In this document: one piece after another, positions 59,194 to 64,000 of the stretch
Numbering within the stretch: the first letter of the stretch is position 1
Layout of the letters: the number at the start of each line of letters is the position of its first letter
IMG/VR virus record: IMGVR_UViG_3300032007_000018
Span: 8,445-72,444 of that record
Source of the DNA: a virus
Length of the DNA stretch: 64,000 nt
Reading direction: 5' to 3' (one strand)
Made by a program: the position numbers and the translations under genes
The notes under the pieces: model-generated
Told to the model about the DNA's origin: nothing
What the model saw: the letters and a program-made list of their open reading frames with translations, nothing else
The model's database searches: none

Positions 59194-62100
59194 TCAAAAT
59201 TTGGTGGCGTAGTTACATTTAATGATTTCATTCCTGATATACGAACATCTTTTTTTATATTGCCTGTGTCTGGACCAGCCTCAATAATAATACTGTTATC
59301 ACTCTAAATTCCAAATAATTGAGTTTTTCTATAGCGTTTTCTACCACTTGCAGTGTAATAAATTTCTCCACCAGAAGCTTGTCCTATCGATCCATTAACT
59401 GCACTATTAGCGCTTTCTATTATAATAGTGTCTGTTGTAATAGTACCATCCGAACTATCTAAAATGGTTAAACTTTTACCATTGGTCGGCTGACTTCTTA
59501 GCAATGGATTATCAATAATCCATCCTCCGATAGTGCCTACGTCGGCATATAACTCACTAGCTTGTACATAAGTACCTTCAATACGAGCACCTTCAATATA
59601 GCTACCGTGAATTTCTCCACCAGTAATATAACCACCATCAATAATTCCGCCAGTTAAGGTACCAGTAACGGTTAAATTACCAAGGGTTCCTGTTTTAGCA
59701 TTAATGTTTCCTGTGAAGTCTCCATTGGCAATATAAACATCTCCGTTCCAATTAACCCTGAATGGTCTACGAGAAGTAGATTTTTCGACGCCAATAGCAA
59801 GTGGATATGTTTTTTCATTCGCGCCTAAAGTAATATGTCTTGTGACATTGCCTGCACTTAAATCAAACACATAGTATTGTGCCAATGGATCAAAATGGTT
59901 ACCGCCAGAATTATTTGACGCAACAGTATTATTACGAGTAATTTCATAACCGAATTCTCTATAATCATCTTCCTAAGAAATATCATTTCCTTTTGTATAT
60001 AAAATACCTTTAATTGAATCTCTATTAGAAGATGTTAAATGTGAAAATGCGCTATGTTGAGAATAAGATTTATTATCACCCTTAACAATAGCGGTAAAAT
60101 TAGTAAAATAGTAAAGTAAATCTGGATTATACGTATCTGTGCTGTGCCCAGTATATGCTTGACTTAATCCTAAATACTTTATTGTTCTTGTAGAGTAATT
60201 ATATTTAGTCTAACCTTCATCTATCACAGGTGTTTCTTCTGTAATGGAATAAACAATAGCTGGAAAATTCTCATTATATGAATTATAAGGATAGCTGACT
60301 ATATCATAATAGATATCTGTTGTAGGGGACCAATTATTCTTTTTTGCAACTTTTTCTTCTGTGATAATATTTGTTTCTACTTTATAAAAGTAATCATAAT
60401 TAGGTAAATATGTCTATGTGTCAAATGTTTTTGTTGATTGCGCGGAGGTTAAATCTGGCATATAAATCACTACGCTATTATTTACATTTGTAAAACTAAA
60501 GCTACTATTCTGAGTAGACATAAGTAAAGATATAAAATCTTTCTTAACCCAAAAACTTTGAGTAGCTTCTTTAGTATTTAAGAACGTAATAAAATTAGTG
60601 GATGTATTAAAAGTTTTAAGCTATTGTGCAACTTTATTAGACATATGAATAAATCCATCATCCAGATCCATCATCATGCCTTCTTTTCGGATTAGCCAGT
60701 TATTAGAATAAATAGTTGAATTATCTCCCCCAAGGAAGATACGACCTTTACCATCTTTTCCAATAAAACCAGTACCATCTTCTTTAAAAGCATAACTCAT
60801 AGCCCCTTTGTGGAAGCCATAAATACCAGTCTTTTTAGTAATTGAAGAACAAGTATCTGTTCTTGACCAATCTCCAATCATAACACCTGTAAAAGTGTTA
60901 TCAGTTTCTTTTTTACCAGCAGCTAAAGCTGATGCTAAAATAGTTCCGGTATCGTTATCTGTTTCAATGTCTGTACCATTCCAGGCATTAATTGTACTTG
61001 ATGGATAATTATCCTAATAAACTAGAATTGGCTATGTCCAAAAAGCTGCATTCTCACCTGTGAATACAATTTGTGATCTATACTAAATTCCATAATTTGG
61101 AGCATTTGGAATATACATATTTAATGGTTCTAAAATATCATTATTTAGTTTTGGTTGAAATGCCAAATCTGCCCCAGAAGAGAATACACTATTACTTGGA
61201 ATTAATAATGTCCAAGTCATTTGATAAGCCTATGGATCTGTAATTAGCTTGCCGTCTTGAATAACGTATGCTTTATATGGATTCTTATAATATTCTGGCA
61301 CTTCTCCAGAGGAAGTGTATCTAATAGAAGTGGCTCCTTCAATAGAATCGTACCATAAACTATAATCAAGAGCTCTCGGCTCTTTTATAAGAGTATAATT
61401 AGTATTTGATACAGTAACAATCTAATTCTATAATAGAACTCTACGAATTGGTATTGGATAAGAAGCTACTAAATCATAATCTCCAAAATTCTTTATTGTA
61501 ACTCTCAAGATATTAAGAGAATTCATTATTTCAGATAATGTAATATAATTATTTATATCTTGATAATACTAAGTATTTATACTAATTCGTTTGCGAGTTA
61601 TATTATCTGCATTAGTACATATTAATGGAGTAGTTAAATGTGTTACTTCCTAAGTATATACTGGATAATAATATGTTTCAACCTCATTCCACTCTTTTGC
61701 GGTATCAAGGATAAACATACCATTTCGTTGAATATATAATTTACCAACCTTATTATATAAAACTTCTGCGGCATTTTCAATAGAGTCTGTATTTGTTAAA
61801 GCTCTAATTGTACCTGAGCCGTTCATCTGTACTCTATTATCAGATAATAGCTGGCCTTCATTATTATACTAATCAATAACAATTTCTTCACCGCTTTTAG
61901 CTGAAAAATCTGGGAAAATTTCGAACTCAATTTTATATTTTCTATTTATATCGTTCTAAGCACGACGATATAATATAACTGAATTTTTCAGCCTATAGGT
62001 TACTACATTATTACTTGTGCTTGTTGTAAAATAGCTAGAAGGCAAACTGCTTAATGTGGTAATCAGATTAAATTTTCCATTATCATAATAATAATAACCA

Positions 62101-64000
62101 CCAGCAGAGAAGTCTTGAGAAGTGGTATTAGATGTATAATATAATACATTACCAATATTTCTTCCATCCTCAAAATAATAGTTAGTATGTGCATCGTTAA
62201 AATAATTATTCGCGCTATGCGGATAAGCTACATTTGACTAATCTAACGTAGAAGACTATCCCGTTTGAATTTTTAATGCACTTTGATCATTGAAAAATAT
62301 CGGATATAACAAATCTTCAGTCTCTACTGTATATTCAGTAGCGGCTTCTTTGTTTGTCTTCATTTCAGCGACAAGCCAATCGAAATCAATAGATACTTTG
62401 CTAGCTTCATTAAGACGATTAAAAGCATCAGTTTCTTTCGCCGTTTTAATTGTCGCTCCAATAGTTGTAGAAGCATTATACTGATTTGGATTCTATAATC
62501 CAGAGGAAGAGTAAAAATCCCAATATGTATCATCTAATACTGCAGAATATTTTTCACGAAGAATTAAACCAAGACTGCGCTTATGTGCAATATTAGTTGG
62601 ATCGTTATCATTTGGAATATTCTTATATGCTTCAATATTAGAATCTACAGATGTTAATAAATCGATTTCTTTTCCATTCTATCCGTATAAATGGACTTGC
62701 GCAATTAATGCATAGTATGAATTTATATCTCCTAAATCCATAGCTCTACCTTCTACGCTTTGATAAAATCTGTTTCTATATCCCTGTAAAGTGCTGGCCT
62801 GTTCGCCATATACTGATAACGCATTTTGATTATTATCAAAAGTAACACTTACAGTATAAGAAGAACCAGACGTACCAGATTGACCAAAAAGAAGATCTTT
62901 TGTTACATGATAAGTAATCTTATCTTTTACAATCTGGCAATGAACTGTATTGTCAACTAGATTAGGCGCATAGGTTTTTCTAATAAAATAATGTGCTGTA
63001 ATTAAATCAAACTGATCTGATAAATCACCACTAACGATATCACCAAAGTGAGTTAATTCAATAAGTTTGGTTGCAGTATTAAATGTCGCTAGTAATTTTC
63101 TATCTTCGGTCTGAGCAATAACCAATCTATTTTCAATAGTGCCAAAAGCACGCTTCAATAGCTCTACTTCGTCAGCTGTAGGATCTCGCAAAGTAGCTTT
63201 TTCTAATTCAATAAAAGTATCTAAATAAAACACTGGACGAAGCATTGTATTTGAACTTGGAAACATCCAAGTAATACAAGTTGCCTCATTCAACAGGTTA
63301 TCTTCTGGATTAGTTTTACTATCTTTCATAGAGCGGAATGTAGCTGTTAAACTAAATCTTTCTTTAGCTCTATGTTCATCAACTAATTCATTTCCTTTTT
63401 TATAAATAAAGAACATTCCTTGCTCTGGCTCTAAATAGAATATATCATTCTCTTGACGATGACCACAAAGAATACCCAGCGCTTCAGAAATATCTGTTGT
63501 AGTAGTACTTGGTATGTCGTAAAGATTTGTGAAAACAAGCTAGTTAGTACGAGCAATTTCAGAATCGTTTTTTATAATTACAACCTAAAATTTTTCCTAT
63601 TCTTTATTTATATCTGGATAAAAACTTAACTAAAAAGGATCATCAACATCTTTCAACATATTCTGCAATGTTGGCAATGTTTCTTTGATGTATCCTTGGT
63701 ATAATTCAACAGTATCAAAATTAACTACTATGTTCTAATATAACTCAATAATTGAATTACAAAAATTATAGTTAGAAGCTAATTCATCAGCGCAATTTTG
63801 ATACCAACCAATTTTCTCCTTATTGTCGATAATATAATTATAAGCTGCATTATAAGCAGTTAAATAAGTGCTATCAACATCGACAGGGTTATTAATAGTA
63901 AAATTAGTAATATTGGTTGAAACATTTATAATAGTAGATAAATTCTATAAGTCTTCTGGCATAGTTAGATGCTGCTAAGTAATATCTTGTCTACTCTAAA
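59194..64000 (-). CDS. Giant virion structural protein, 5'-partial (it continues beyond the window end), >=1565 aa, beta-helix-like (NLTVTGTLTGGIIDGGYITGGEIHGSYIEG), TAG-dense.
   Basis: Track ORFs 59304..59885, 60621..60881 and 62679..63416 are in the same frame. I translated 59886-60240 and 63417-63660 and found them open apart from TAG. The frame is still open at 64000. The 3' end is uncertain: TAG at 59304 or TGA at ~59194. Confidence 0.4.

Noticed and set aside
59029-59304. Exact 3' end of the 59194..>64000 gene, and a 1-nt coordinate inconsistency
   Set aside because: By my reading the stop triplet of track ORF 59304..59885 falls at 59305-59307 rather than 59304-59306. I probably mis-transcribed a line locally, so I kept the track coordinates and flagged the C-terminal region (TAG read-through to TGA ~59194) as low confidence.
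1-64000. Search for tRNA genes (especially a suppressor tRNA-CUA) and CRISPR arrays
   Set aside because: No GTTCGAATCC-like T-arm or cloverleaf candidates were found in the intergenic regions, and there are no direct-repeat arrays. The suppressor tRNA, if phage-encoded, must lie outside this window.

Overview
This 64-kb window looks like part of a large (>64 kb) AT-rich (~35% GC) tailed-phage genome. Strong Shine-Dalgarno sites and an anaerobic ribonucleotide reductase pair (NrdD/NrdG) suggest an anaerobic Firmicutes-type host. The main result from reading the sequence is that TAG is not a stop codon here. Dozens of genes contain in-frame TAGs that sit at conserved glutamine positions, and adjacent six-frame ORFs separated only by TAG are in the same frame, so the phage appears to decode TAG as Gln (genetic code 15). 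The supplied ORF track therefore fragments most genes and I re-merged them.

Layout: 1-32.7 kb on the + strand is a DNA replication and nucleotide metabolism module (3' end of ligA, a ThyA-like gene, a Sak4-like ATPase, DnaB, an intron-split DnaG primase, a RecJ-like exonuclease, a Dda-like helicase, an N6-adenine methyltransferase, DnaE-like Pol III alpha, NrdD/NrdG, dUTPase and RuvC), plus homing endonucleases and a separate operon (29.9-32.7 kb) of compositionally odd small proteins. 32.7-64 kb on the - strand is a late/structural module dominated by tail-fibre-like and giant beta-rich proteins (2427 aa, 1845 aa, ~974 aa, >=1565 aa), all dense in TAG codons. The two modules converge on a bidirectional terminator at ~32.74 kb.

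Other points: a ~1035-nt group-I-like intron with a GIY-YIG homing endonuclease splits the primase; a 25-bp palindromic motif occurs three times; the Dda-like helicase shows an apparent +1 frameshift; and conserved extended -10 promoters (TGnTATAAT) precede several genes.

Coordinates I derived by hand (rather than taken from the ORF track) may be off by a few nt.
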